Below are positions 48,749 through 58,812 of a stretch of DNA of 64,000 nt, piece by piece. Both the position numbers and the translations under genes were made by a program. The notes beneath the pieces were generated by a model. That model did no database searches, had not been told where the DNA came from, and worked only from the letters and a program-made list of their open reading frames with translations. The stretch's first letter is position 1; each line of letters starts with the position of its first letter. Source of the DNA: an uncultured Chloroflexia bacterium (GTDB taxonomy: Bacteria; Chloroflexota; Chloroflexia; QHBQ01; JADMIH01); contig CAWCNY010000006.1 of NCBI GenBank assembly GCA_963797095.1, positions 32,001 through 96,000 on the forward strand, in the 5' to 3' direction.

Positions 48749-49025
48749 GAATTGGCCGCCAAGGCAGTTGGCCTATTTTCTACTAGCCAGTCTCATTTCT
48801 GCGGTTGTCTGGTGCGCGTAGATCGGTATTCGTGGTCTGTATACGCATCTGAACTTAAGCGGCTTGGTCCCCAAGGAGGTGGTCAATCAACAAGTACCTT
48901 CATATTTCACGAAGTGCATTCGCCTACCTATGCCCTGGCACAGATCCGAATAGATAGCGGTGCAGTGAACACATTTTGTGCCGTGACACAACAACCAGAG
49001 GGCTGACAATCAAAGGAGGAAAACC

Positions 49026-50417
49026 ATGTTTAGAATGAAATCGCGCATGACCTGGCTTGCCGGATTAGTGCTTGTAATAGTGCCTCTGCTGTCGGCGTGC
49101 GGCGAGGAAGCTACGCCTACCGCTGCTCCGGCTGCTACAGCTACCGCAGGCACGGGCAGCACAGGCGTTAGCCAGGCTGCTCTCGATTCTCTTGCTGCTG
49201 AAGGGATCAAGCCAGATCCAAGTGCCTCCGGCAACTTCGAGTTCTTTAGCTGGTGGACCGCGGGCGGCGAGGCCGAAGGCAAGAACGATCTGCTCAATCT
49301 CTACAAGGCGCTCTATCCCAATGTAAACGTGATCGATGCCGCTGTAGCAGGCGGTGGTGGTGATGTAGCTAAGGGCGTGCTCAAGAACAGGATGCAAGGC
49401 AACGATCCACCGGATGCCTTCCAGGTACACGGCGGCCCTGAGCTTATTGATGGCTACGTCAAGGCGGGCCAGATGGACCCCATCACCAGCCTCTACACCG
49501 ATATGAACATCAAGAGCTCATTCCCACAGCAATTGCTCGATATGGTCAGCTCAGGCGGCGAGATCTATTCCGTGCCATCGAACGTGCACCGTGGCAACGT
49601 CCTGTTCTACAACAAGAAGGTCTTCTCTGATAACGGTCTGACGGCCCCCACTACATGGGATGAGTTCTGGACCGTCGCTGATGCCCTCAAGGCCAAGGGT
49701 GTAGCACCCCTGGCAGTTGGCGGCAAGGATACCTGGTCTGTCACCATGGTCTTTGAGGACATTCTGCTGGCTACCGGTGGCGCCGATAAGTTCAACTCGC
49801 TCATGGCCGGTAACACCGATTGGACCGACGCCAGCGTTGTCAGTTCTCTCGATGCTCTTGGGAAGATCTGGACCAGCGGCTACGTCAATACCGACTTCTC
49901 TGCTCGCACCTGGGACGAGGCGGCCGGTGAAGTGCTCAAGGGTGATGCCGCCATGACCATCATGGGTGACTGGGCCAAGGGCTACTTCCAGGCCAACGAC
50001 CCCAACTGGGCCGACAACTTTGGCTGGGAGCCTTCTCCTGGCACAACCGGTATATTCAAGGTCATCACCGACACCTTCGGCATGCCCAAAGGTGCCAAGG
50101 ACCCCGACAACACCAAGCGCTTCCTTGATCTGCTTGCTTCCAAGACAGGCCAGGTCACATTCAACTTGCGCAAGGGATCCATCCCTGCTCGCACCGATGT
50201 GGACACCAGCCAGTTCGACGTTTATATGAAGGACGCCAACAAGGACTTCTCAGAAGCCAAGTCTCTAGTAGGCAGTGCACCCCATGGGTCTGCTACTTCG
50301 GATGCTTTTGCTAGTGCTTTGACTACAGCCATCAATACCTTTATCGCGGATCCGAAGGACTCTGCGGGCACAGCCCAGGCGATCCAGACGCAGGCCGCGG
50401 ACCTGATAACCAAGTAG
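49026..50417 (+). CDS. Sugar ABC transporter substrate-binding lipoprotein (glucose/mannose type)
   Basis: Lipobox LSAC; 'WWTAGGE', 'PSNVHRGN', 'IMGDWAKG', 'KGSIPARTD'; AGGAGG RBS. Confidence 0.9.
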   Translation: MFRMKSRMTWLAGLVLVIVPLLSACGEEATPTAAPAATATAGTGSTGVSQAALDSLAAEGIKPDPSASGNFEFFSWWTAGGEAEGKNDLLNLYKALYPNVNVIDAAVAGGGGDVAKGVLKNRMQGNDPPDAFQVHGGPELIDGYVKAGQMDPITSLYTDMNIKSSFPQQLLDMVSSGGEIYSVPSNVHRGNVLFYNKKVFSDNGLTAPTTWDEFWTVADALKAKGVAPLAVGGKDTWSVTMVFEDILLATGGADKFNSLMAGNTDWTDASVVSSLDALGKIWTSGYVNTDFSARTWDEAAGEVLKGDAAMTIMGDWAKGYFQANDPNWADNFGWEPSPGTTGIFKVITDTFGMPKGAKDPDNTKRFLDLLASKTGQVTFNLRKGSIPARTDVDTSQFDVYMKDANKDFSEAKSLVGSAPHGSATSDAFASALTTAINTFIADPKDSAGTAQAIQTQAADLITK

Positions 50418-50557
50418 CATAATGCCGTAACGCCCACGCGGGCATTTCGGTCACCAGGGAGGGCGCTGCTCGGCATGAGTCCGGCCAGCGCCCTTCTTCC
50501 CACCGCTTATCACCGTCATCGTTATTTTGTCTAGTGCACCGACCTTCGGAGGCGCGC

Positions 50558-51496
50558 ATGGTAACACCCCAAACCCCAGCGACCGCTGTAGGCACATCCC
50601 CTCCTGTCTCGGTAGCAGTTCCTGCCGGTCGCAAAAAACTCAGCCGCGACCGCCTGACTGCCATCCTTATGCTGCTCCCGTCAATCCTGGCGATTGCCCT
50701 CTTCGTCTATGGCTTCATCGCGTGGAATGTGTGGGCGTCCCTTACCGATTGGCGAAGCCTGGGGCAGCTAACGTCGATAGGCCCGCTTCGCTTTACTACT
50801 GCCGACTTTATCGGCGTCGAAAACTATCAGCGACTTTTCGAAACTCCCCGCTTCATTACAGACATTCGTAATAACGCCATCTTTACGGTTGCATTCCTGG
50901 CGGCCTGCGTTATTCTCGGCATCGCTCTGGCGATCCTCATTGATCAGCACATCAAAGCCGAGGGGTTTTTCCGTAACGTCTTCCTCTATCCGATGGCTCT
51001 CTCCTTCGTGGTTACAGGCACGATCTGGCGGTGGATCTTTCTCCAGCTCGGCTGGGTTACCAACAAGGAGCTTGCCCTGCCTGCTCTCATCATCGCGGCC
51101 ACCTGGCAGATGTCGGGCTTCACTATGGCTATGTTCCTGGCCGCCATACGCGGCATCCCCGACGACCTACGCGAAGCTGCTCGCGTAGATGGCGCGTCCG
51201 AAGTTGGTGTCTATCGCTATGTGATCCTCCCCCTGATCAATCCGATCATTCTCTCGGCCCTTATCATTGTTGGGCACATATCTCTCAAGATTTTCGACCT
51301 GGTGTTTGTTATGACGGGCGGCAGTCCTACTCTGGGCTATGCCACCGACATGCCTTCTGTTTACCTATTCCAGCTTGGGTTCAACGATAACCTGTTTGGC
51401 AGGGCGGCTGCTATTGCTGTGATCATGCTTCTGTTCGTGGCTATAGTGATCGTCCCCTACCTGTGGACGAACCTGAGATCGGAGGCCGAAACATGA
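50558..51496 (+). CDS. Sugar ABC transporter permease
   Basis: EAA motif 'LREAARVDGAS'; 'YPMALSFVVTG'. Confidence 0.92.
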   Translation: MVTPQTPATAVGTSPPVSVAVPAGRKKLSRDRLTAILMLLPSILAIALFVYGFIAWNVWASLTDWRSLGQLTSIGPLRFTTADFIGVENYQRLFETPRFITDIRNNAIFTVAFLAACVILGIALAILIDQHIKAEGFFRNVFLYPMALSFVVTGTIWRWIFLQLGWVTNKELALPALIIAATWQMSGFTMAMFLAAIRGIPDDLREAARVDGASEVGVYRYVILPLINPIILSALIIVGHISLKIFDLVFVMTGGSPTLGYATDMPSVYLFQLGFNDNLFGRAAAIAVIMLLFVAIVIVPYLWTNLRSEAET

Positions 51497-52362
51497 CCGC
51501 TCCCGCTGTCTCCCTCCCAGAACAAGCTGTCCCTGCGCGCAAAGGCTCAAGCTACAGGTGGATCATTTATGCGATCCTGGCTGTGTTCGCCCTTTTCTAC
51601 CTGATTCCTATCTATGTAGCGATCACTACCTCGCTTAAATCTATGGGCGAAGTCTCCCGCACCGATTTCTGGGCTCCCCCTACAGCACCTACAGGGGAAA
51701 ACTTCGGCCTTGCTTTTGATAAGATACGTACGGGTCTACTCAATAGCATCTACCTGACGGTCCCTGGTGTGATAATTTCCTGCGTGCTTGGCAGCATGAA
51801 CGGCTACGTTCTCTCCAAGTGGAAATTCCGAGGCTCGAGTATTCTGTTCACAGTGATTCTCTTCGGGATGTTCATCCCCTACCAGAGCGTCCTTCTGCCT
51901 CTTGAACTTTTCCTCCAGGGTGTCGGCCTTTACGGCAAGATTCCGGGTCTGATACTCACTCACGTCATCTATGGTATTCCAATCACAACGCTCATCTTCA
52001 GAAACTACTACGCAGGTGTGCCTAAAGAGCTGATCGAATCGGGTACTATAGACGGTGCGGGCTTCTTTGGCATTTACAGGAATATAGTCTTGCCTCTCAG
52101 TGTGCCTGCTTTCGTAGTGGTTCTGATATGGCAGTTTACGGCCATCTGGAACGAGTTTCTATTCGCCGTGTCTCTGAATAGCGACCCGCGTTCGCAACCG
52201 ATAACGGTGGCGCTGGCGGGGCTTGGCGCGAGCACCGCGGGTACGAACTACGCTATGCAAATGGCAGGCGCGCTGATCACCGCCCTGCCTACCCTTCTCG
52301 TCTACATCTTCCTAAGCCGCTACTTTATAAGGGGTTTGCTGGCAGGTTCGGTAAAAGGCTAG
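51493..52362 (+). CDS. Sugar ABC transporter permease (MalG type)
   Basis: 'ELIESGTIDGAG', 'WNEFLF', C-terminal 'GLLAGSVKG'. Confidence 0.92.
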   Translation: MTAPAVSLPEQAVPARKGSSYRWIIYAILAVFALFYLIPIYVAITTSLKSMGEVSRTDFWAPPTAPTGENFGLAFDKIRTGLLNSIYLTVPGVIISCVLGSMNGYVLSKWKFRGSSILFTVILFGMFIPYQSVLLPLELFLQGVGLYGKIPGLILTHVIYGIPITTLIFRNYYAGVPKELIESGTIDGAGFFGIYRNIVLPLSVPAFVVVLIWQFTAIWNEFLFAVSLNSDPRSQPITVALAGLGASTAGTNYAMQMAGALITALPTLLVYIFLSRYFIRGLLAGSVKG

Positions 52363-52478
52363 ACAACCGACAACTACTCCTCGTACTAATACCCATCGGT
52401 ACCAAAGTACGACTGTGTAATCTATACATAACTATTTCTGCTCCTGTATAATAAGCGCGAGGCCAGGAGAGGAGACCT

Positions 52479-53537
52479 ATGACAGCCACAAGGGAGGATA
52501 GCGCCTACCGGCAGGCAGGGGTTGACATAGACGCGGGCACTCGTGCCGTGGACATGATGAAAGAAGCAGTACGCTCGACCTTCGGGCCGAATGTACTCGC
52601 CGACATCGGTCTCTTCGGTGGCCTTTATGCTCTCGATGAGCGGCCTGATGGACAGGTGCTCGTTTCGAGCGCGGACAGCGTGGGGACCAAGCTTAAGCTG
52701 GCCTCTATACTGGGCAGCCACAGGCTTCTGGGCCACGACATAGTCAACCACTGCACCAACGATATCCTCGCTTGCGGTGCGCGACCAATCTTCTTCCTGG
52801 ATTACTTTGCTGCCGGGAAGATCGTACCTGAACAAGTTGCAGACGTTGTAACAGGCATGGCCGAGGCCTGCCGCTCGTCGGGTTGCGCCCTTATAGGGGG
52901 AGAAACCGCCGAACTGCCAGGCATCTACGCCAACAGCGAGTTCGACGTGGTGGGCTTCATCGTGGGCACGGTAGCCCGCGACCGCCTCGTGCTCGGTGAC
53001 CGCATAGTGCCCGGCGATGTGGCACTGGCCCTCCCTTCGAGAGGCCTCCACACCAACGGTTACTCGCTAGCTCGCAAGGTGTTCGGATTGGATACCGATC
53101 CGGATACCGCATATGAGCGCCTCAGTCAGTACGTGCCCAGCCTGGGTTGCACCCTGGGCGAAGCACTCACCAAGCCTCATCGCTCTTACTTGCCGGAGAT
53201 CGGCCCACTACTTGACCTGCCTGAGCGTCCAATAAAGGGCATGGCCCACATCACAGGGGGCGGCCTCATCGACAACATCCCTCGCGTCCTTCCAGCAGGC
53301 TGCGCCATCGAACTGCACACGACCTCCTGGGAAGTCCCTCCGCTCTTCAAGCTGATCCAATCAGAAGGCGGCATCCCGGACACTGAAATGCGCCGAGTAT
53401 TCAACATGGGTCTAGGCATAGTCATGATTGCCGGTCCCGACCAGGTTTCGTCGTTGATAGACAACACTCCTGATCTGATGCATGTAGGCAGCGTACGTGA
53501 GCAGCGCGGAGACGACCGCGTACTATTCAGAGATTGA
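52479..53537 (+). CDS. purM: Phosphoribosylformylglycinamidine cyclo-ligase (AIR synthetase)
   Basis: YRQAGVDIDAG, DSVGTK, GGETAELPG, GLHTNGYSL, AHITGGG, FNMGLG. Confidence 0.96.
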   Translation: MTATREDSAYRQAGVDIDAGTRAVDMMKEAVRSTFGPNVLADIGLFGGLYALDERPDGQVLVSSADSVGTKLKLASILGSHRLLGHDIVNHCTNDILACGARPIFFLDYFAAGKIVPEQVADVVTGMAEACRSSGCALIGGETAELPGIYANSEFDVVGFIVGTVARDRLVLGDRIVPGDVALALPSRGLHTNGYSLARKVFGLDTDPDTAYERLSQYVPSLGCTLGEALTKPHRSYLPEIGPLLDLPERPIKGMAHITGGGLIDNIPRVLPAGCAIELHTTSWEVPPLFKLIQSEGGIPDTEMRRVFNMGLGIVMIAGPDQVSSLIDNTPDLMHVGSVREQRGDDRVLFRD

Positions 53538-54226
53538 CCACTTTGCCAGTACCATCATCAATCGTCCATCGTCCATCGCCGCCCAAGACGGCAACCTTAC
53601 GGCTGGGTGTGCTGGCTTCGGGAAGGGGCACCAACCTGCAAGCTATTCTCGATGCCATCGAGCAGGGCAACTTAGATGCAAAGGTCGTTTTCGTGGTTTG
53701 CAATCACAAGGAAGCGCAGGTCATCGAAAGGGCAGAGCGGGCCGGGATACGGTTCGGTCTTTACACGCAAAAGGCGTATGCGACGCGTGATCTGCATCAA
53801 ATGGCTATCGCTGAGAGGCTATCGGAGGAGAATATAGACCTGGTGGTTTGCGCGGGCTGGGATCGGGTGTTCGCGCCTCAGTTCGTAGCCGCGTTCAGAG
53901 GCAAGATTATCAACATCCATCCATCCCTCCTACCGGCATTCGGAGGGGGCCTCCATGCCATCAAGGAGGCATTGGAGTACGGAGTAAAAGTGACGGGCTG
54001 CACGGTCCATTTCGTCACGGACGACCTGGACGCAGGACCAATAATCTCGCAGGTTGCCGTGCCGGTCCTTCCGGACGACGACGAAGCATCGCTGGCGAAT
54101 AGAATACACGCGGAGGAACACCGGCTCCTGGTCGAGGCCATCAAGCTCTACAGCCAGGGCAGATTGAAGATAGAGGGAAGAACGGTAAGGGTCATCGAGG
54201 ACGAAGAAGAACGTAGCACGATATGA
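53534..54226 (+). CDS. purN: Phosphoribosylglycinamide formyltransferase
   Basis: ASGRGTNLQA, NIHPSLLPAF, GCTVHFV..LDAGPII. Confidence 0.95.
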   Translation: MTTLPVPSSIVHRPSPPKTATLRLGVLASGRGTNLQAILDAIEQGNLDAKVVFVVCNHKEAQVIERAERAGIRFGLYTQKAYATRDLHQMAIAERLSEENIDLVVCAGWDRVFAPQFVAAFRGKIINIHPSLLPAFGGGLHAIKEALEYGVKVTGCTVHFVTDDLDAGPIISQVAVPVLPDDDEASLANRIHAEEHRLLVEAIKLYSQGRLKIEGRTVRVIEDEEERSTI

Positions 54227-54741
54227 ACAGCGAGTCGACCGAAAAAGTAGAGCCGCGCCCCAACGGCAGCCTTATCGTCAGCGAGGACGATGGGCGGCGC
54301 ATCAGGAAACAGCTTGATCGCATCGTGATGGAAGCCGGAGCGAACACTACCATCCTGCTCGATAGGAGCGGGGAGGTAATCTCGGCGCGCGGTGAACAGC
54401 TTCCGCACGATCTCGATGTGATGGGTGCCTTGCTGGCAGGCACCTTTGCCACCTCACGTGAGATCGCCCGTATGCGCGAAGACGAGAATTTCCAGACCCT
54501 CTACCAGCAAGGCTCCTCGGAAAACACCCTTACCGAGTTGATCGGTGAGACCTGGCTGATAGCTGTTATCTTCGGCAAGAGCACCCATGTTGGCCTGGTG
54601 CGTGACCTGACGCGCCAGATCACCCCTGAGTTGGAAGCGGTCCTGTTGCAGGCGCAGCGTCGCAGCCGCAACATAGCTGGGCTCAACCCATCCTTCCGGA
54701 CGTCAGTGGAGGATACGATAGACTTGTTGTTCAAGGACTGA
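54223..54741 (+). CDS. mglB: Roadblock/LC7 protein MglB
   Basis: 'ILLDRSGEVI..ALLAGTFATSREIAR..F.TLYQQG..VIFGKSTHVGLVR'; directly upstream of mglA. Confidence 0.85.
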   Translation: MNSESTEKVEPRPNGSLIVSEDDGRRIRKQLDRIVMEAGANTTILLDRSGEVISARGEQLPHDLDVMGALLAGTFATSREIARMREDENFQTLYQQGSSENTLTELIGETWLIAVIFGKSTHVGLVRDLTRQITPELEAVLLQAQRRSRNIAGLNPSFRTSVEDTIDLLFKD

Positions 54742-54837
54742 TCCGATTGCGGATTTCAGATTGCGGATTTCGGATTTCCAATTGGACCGGCAGTTTCGAA
54801 ATTCATGGCCTGACATCTAAGATCAAAAGAGGAAATT

Positions 54838-55413
54838 ATGGCACTGATAAATGTCGCAACCAGAGAGATACATTGCAAGCTCGTTTACTACGGGCCGGGT
54901 CTCTCTGGCAAAACAACCAACTTGAAATACATCTATTCGACCGTGCCCGGCCAGGCTCGCGGCGACCTCCTTTCTATTGATACGGAGACGGAGAGGACGC
55001 TCTTTTTCGACTTCCTGCCGCTTGATTTGGGCAAAGTGCACGGCTACCAGGTGCGTTTCCACCTATACACTGTGCCGGGCCAGGTGCTTTACGAGCGAAC
55101 CCGCGTGGCGGTGCTCAACGGGGCCGACGGGGTGGTATTTACGGCAAATTCGCAGCGGTCGAAGCTGGGCGAGAATGTTCGCTCACTTCAGGAGCTTGCC
55201 CGCAACCTGACGCAGCAGGGCAAGAAGTTCCTTGAGTTCCCGATGGTGATGCAGTACAACAAGCGCGATATGCCTGATGCCTTGCCCCTGCCTGTGCTGG
55301 AAAAGTACTTGAACCCGATGCATGTGGCCGCCTACGAGGCTATCGCGCCTAAGGGCGTAGGAGTGTTCGATACGCTCAGGACGATCAGTAAGCTGATTGT
55401 CAGCAAGCTATAA
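54838..55413 (+). CDS. mglA: Small GTPase MglA
   Basis: KLVYYGPGLSGKTTNL, RTLFFDFLP, LYTVPGQV, YNKRD. Confidence 0.93.
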   Translation: MALINVATREIHCKLVYYGPGLSGKTTNLKYIYSTVPGQARGDLLSIDTETERTLFFDFLPLDLGKVHGYQVRFHLYTVPGQVLYERTRVAVLNGADGVVFTANSQRSKLGENVRSLQELARNLTQQGKKFLEFPMVMQYNKRDMPDALPLPVLEKYLNPMHVAAYEAIAPKGVGVFDTLRTISKLIVSKL

Positions 55414-55436
55414 GGTCGCTTCAATCCAATAAGCAA

Positions 55437-55769
55437 ATGGTGGATCTGGTAAAGCATTCAAACCATAGTTCAGTTTGGGTACGAGTACTGCTTATTATTG
55501 ATGTTTTGGCCTTTGCCTTATCTACATGTTTGATGTTCTACCCAGTGGTATTTGACACCAACTCTGCTTTGGACAACAAACCAATTGGTCGGTTACCGCC
55601 ATTGTTCTGGCTTCTGTATGCGGTGACAAACGTAGCTTCAGGCTTGGTAGTAGCATATAACATGCGGCATGAAATAGCTATTGTCATAACTGATGGCAGC
55701 CTGGCGTTGGTATTCACTGCGATAATGTTACTGCTTGTGCTGACTGTTGTGTTCTCCGGTTCACATTAG
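55437..55769 (+). CDS. Hypothetical membrane protein (about 3 TMs)
   Basis: Hydrophobic ORF with lower GC than its neighbours. Confidence 0.5.
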   Translation: MVDLVKHSNHSSVWVRVLLIIDVLAFALSTCLMFYPVVFDTNSALDNKPIGRLPPLFWLLYAVTNVASGLVVAYNMRHEIAIVITDGSLALVFTAIMLLLVLTVVFSGSH

Positions 55770-56037
55770 GTTAGAGGATGGAGGAGATCTAATATCTCTG
55801 TCGGAAGATTGGCTGCTTTTCTTATTCGGTGCACGCATTTTAGCCCTACCTTATCTCAAGCTTTTCCTCAGGAAAAGGCAGAAGTAACACACGTGGTGGT
55901 TTAGGTATTAGGTATAGGAAAGAGGGCACATGAGGGATTTGGGTCCTTATGCACCCTTTTCCTTTTGTTTGGGCTTTGCTAACGATGGTCTTTGCGGGAA
56001 TTCGATCCTGATCGCTTTCTCATCTTGTTGGGAGTTG

Positions 56038-56128
56038 TGAGGATCTTGCTCGTTGGTGGCACTTTTTGGCGTGGTTTGTAAGCGCGGAGTGATCTTGGGG
56101 AGCGAGATCCTTCGCTCAGGATGACAAA
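56038..56128 (-). repeat. REP-like ~90-bp module, copy 2
   Basis: Reverse complement closely matches 7190-7285. Confidence 0.8.
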
Positions 56129-56172
56129 GGCCTATGGGAAGGCTTCTTTCATATATTTACGCATCTACTTAG

Positions 56173-57648
56173 CTCGACTTTGTACATTACCAACTCAATA
56201 GCAAACCGCGTAGGCCAGTCTCTCCACGTGTGAGCGTGGGACTAAACAGACATCAGGGTCTGTGGGGGCTGTCTGAAAAGTGAAGTTGCCCCACAAGTGC
56301 CGTCTGACTTGTGCCAGCACGTCCGAGAAGGTAGCCTCCCTCTTTTGGTACCAGGCAGTGCGCTGCACAGGCACTTTTCCGTCTGGGTGTAGAGCCTTTC
56401 CAAACAGAGCCACCAGGCTGAACATGCCAAGCAAGCAGGGTGTGCTACGCTCAATCGCCAGGTCTGACCATTGTCGCTGGGTTTCCACTCCCAGGTGTGC
56501 TCGGCTCTCCTCAAACGTCACCTCGATAGTCCACCGCTTGATGAACCGGCTCACCACCTCCACTGCCTGCAAGCTCTGGTCAGTGCACAAGTAGGCTCGC
56601 GGTTCTCTGTTGCCTTGAGGGTCACGGGTGAGCACCCACCTGATTGGCAACACCGCAGAGCCAATCCGATACCATACGCACGTGCCGCTTGCCACTTCAA
56701 GTTCTTGCTCCGATCCGTCATACCACCTTACCTTTATCTTCACCCACTCCGTGTTGGGGTCTGAGAGTACCTGGCTCAGTTTGGGCAAGGCTGCTCCTTT
56801 CACTCTCGGCCTGTCCATTGTGCCCGGTTTGCGAGGTGGCGCAGGTTCATACAAGGCGCATTCCCAACGCATTGGCGCTACAAGCGTGATCTGGTGCTTG
56901 ACACAGCACAACCCCAATTCCAAGATCGAATAGGCAGTGTCGCCAACCAACGAAACAGATATGTCTGGTAGCCAGCGCCTTACCATCATCACCATCTGCT
57001 GGGCTATCTCTCCTACCGTCTTGTGCGCCTTACCCAATTGCTCACTTACTTTAGGTGTGGTGGCCAGCACTGAGAAGAAAGGAAGCGCCCATGCCCTGCT
57101 TGACCAGGGTACTTGCACTACCAGCATCATTACCACCCAACGCAACCCACTTGTACTGACCGACTGCTCTTTGCTCGATTGCACCGAGTCTCGGTAATGG
57201 CCGCGCTTGGAGATTTTGCGGCCCCATCTTCTTTCCAGCGTCTCGTCAATAGCAATCTCGACGGTTGCACCTGCCGCAACAAACGTATTGACCAGCAATT
57301 GGAGAAGGAGCCGGCTCAACATTAGGCAAGACCAGCTTGCACGGTTGAGCACCTGATGAAACAGGGTAAAGTCCTCACCATGTTGCAAGCCCATCTGCTT
57401 GAGGGCTGCCGTCACGGTCCGACGGCCTCTTGCCAGGATTGTGCCAACCACCAGCACGAGCGCTTTGTCCCAGGTTGGACGGGTGAAAGCTGGCCTGAAA
57501 TGGAGCAGCACCTGTATAATCGGGTTGGGTAGGGACATCGCTTCTCTCCTTGTCGCAGATGGTGTTGTGGTAGACTTCCATCTTACAACAAAGGGTCTGC
57601 GGGTCCCTTTACCCGTTTTCACCTCCTTTCATTTTGTACAAAGTCGAG
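56173..57648 (-). mobile_element. IS701-like insertion sequence
   Basis: 14-bp TIR CTCGACTTTGTACA; 5-bp TSD CTTAG (56168-56172, 57649-57653). Confidence 0.88.
56195..57538 (-). CDS. IS701-like DDE transposase
   Basis: 'IAIDETLERRWG', 'VGDTAYS', 'RWTIEVTFEE'; AGGAG RBS before ATG 57538. Confidence 0.88.
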   Translation of the reverse strand: MSLPNPIIQVLLHFRPAFTRPTWDKALVLVVGTILARGRRTVTAALKQMGLQHGEDFTLFHQVLNRASWSCLMLSRLLLQLLVNTFVAAGATVEIAIDETLERRWGRKISKRGHYRDSVQSSKEQSVSTSGLRWVVMMLVVQVPWSSRAWALPFFSVLATTPKVSEQLGKAHKTVGEIAQQMVMMVRRWLPDISVSLVGDTAYSILELGLCCVKHQITLVAPMRWECALYEPAPPRKPGTMDRPRVKGAALPKLSQVLSDPNTEWVKIKVRWYDGSEQELEVASGTCVWYRIGSAVLPIRWVLTRDPQGNREPRAYLCTDQSLQAVEVVSRFIKRWTIEVTFEESRAHLGVETQRQWSDLAIERSTPCLLGMFSLVALFGKALHPDGKVPVQRTAWYQKREATFSDVLAQVRRHLWGNFTFQTAPTDPDVCLVPRSHVERLAYAVCY

Positions 57649-57795
57649 CTTAGCCTATGCATTCCCCCAAATTGATATGTGCCTTTGCTGGTCTGATTCC
57701 TTTCAGGTTATCGTTAGTTGGGCATGGTTGGGTTGCTGATAGGTTGATGTCCCTATGGCGCAACTGGTTGGTGTGGCGCAGTAAGCACAATACTG

Positions 57796-58812
57796 ACGAT
57801 TGATGCAGAACCCTGCAAAAGAGGTATTGAAAAGGTATCGAAGTGAATGATACAACGGAAGCTAACATAAACCCCTTTGCAAGGAGGCTTCCGATGAACA
57901 TGGACTTCGATACCTTCCTGGTAGGATTATACCTGATGGTCGACCAGTGGCTGCAAAACGATGGTGCTCGTTACATACGCCCACAGGGTGGTACTCCACC
58001 ACGCCTGACTGACGGCGAGATGCTGACCCTCCTTTTGGCTCACCAGCTTGCCCAAGCCAAGTGGCCTGAGCGCAGATGGCTGCGCTTTGTGTGGCACAAC
58101 TATCAGGAGTGGTTTCCAGCGCTGACCACACAGAGTGCCTACAACCGTCGGGCTCGCAACCTTTGGGGAGTGCTGAATGCAATGCGTATACAGTTGGTGC
58201 GAGAGGTGTCAGCACACCTTGCTCCCGAAGGAGTGACCGATGGCACTCCAATCCATGTGAGGCATTGGCGCAGATACGGCCCTCACCACCTGGCCTTGCC
58301 TGAGGCTGAGTTGGGCTACTGTGCTGCCAGGCGAGAATACTACTACGGGTACAAGTTGGTGGCCCTCGTCACGCCCAATGGGATTATCATCGAGTGGGTG
58401 CTGATGCCGGCTAGTGGTGATGAGCGAGATGGATTGGAAGCGATGATGGCAGATGATGAGGGGTGGCTCATCTGGGCTGACAAAGGACTGCTTGATGAGA
58501 GAAGGCAAAGGAGGTTGGAGGAGGAGCAGAGCATAGTGCTGATTACTCCCACCCGCAGCAACCAGCGAGTGCAGTTGCACCCGGCAGTGCAAGAGAGGCT
58601 GAGTGCCGTCCGACCCATCGTGGAGACGACCTTTGCCCAAGCCAAGGAGTACATAGACTTGGAGCACCCGCATGCCTACGCATGGAGTGGGTTGGCGCTG
58701 CGTATCATAGCCAAGTTGACCGCTATGGCTGTAGTAGCTTGGGCCAACCTGCGTCACGGCTTGTCTCCCTTATCCTTCGTCAACTTTGCTTGGTAGGTTT
58801 TGCATCAATCGT
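57796..58812 (+). mobile_element. IS982-family insertion sequence
   Basis: TIR ACGATTGATGCA(G/A)AACC at both ends; 5-bp TSD TACTG (57791-57795, 58813-58817). Confidence 0.88.
57894..58796 (+). CDS. IS982-family transposase
   Basis: 'LTDGEMLT', 'QSAYNRR', 'DGTPI', 'GYCAARREYYYGYKL', 'ADKG', 'RPIVETTF'; AGGAGG RBS. Confidence 0.88.
   Translation: MNMDFDTFLVGLYLMVDQWLQNDGARYIRPQGGTPPRLTDGEMLTLLLAHQLAQAKWPERRWLRFVWHNYQEWFPALTTQSAYNRRARNLWGVLNAMRIQLVREVSAHLAPEGVTDGTPIHVRHWRRYGPHHLALPEAELGYCAARREYYYGYKLVALVTPNGIIIEWVLMPASGDERDGLEAMMADDEGWLIWADKGLLDERRQRRLEEEQSIVLITPTRSNQRVQLHPAVQERLSAVRPIVETTFAQAKEYIDLEHPHAYAWSGLALRIIAKLTAMAVVAWANLRHGLSPLSFVNFAW

Noticed and set aside
49026-52362. Sugar ABC operon lacking an ATPase
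   Set aside because: Shared MsiK/MalK-type ATPases encoded elsewhere are common for this transporter class.
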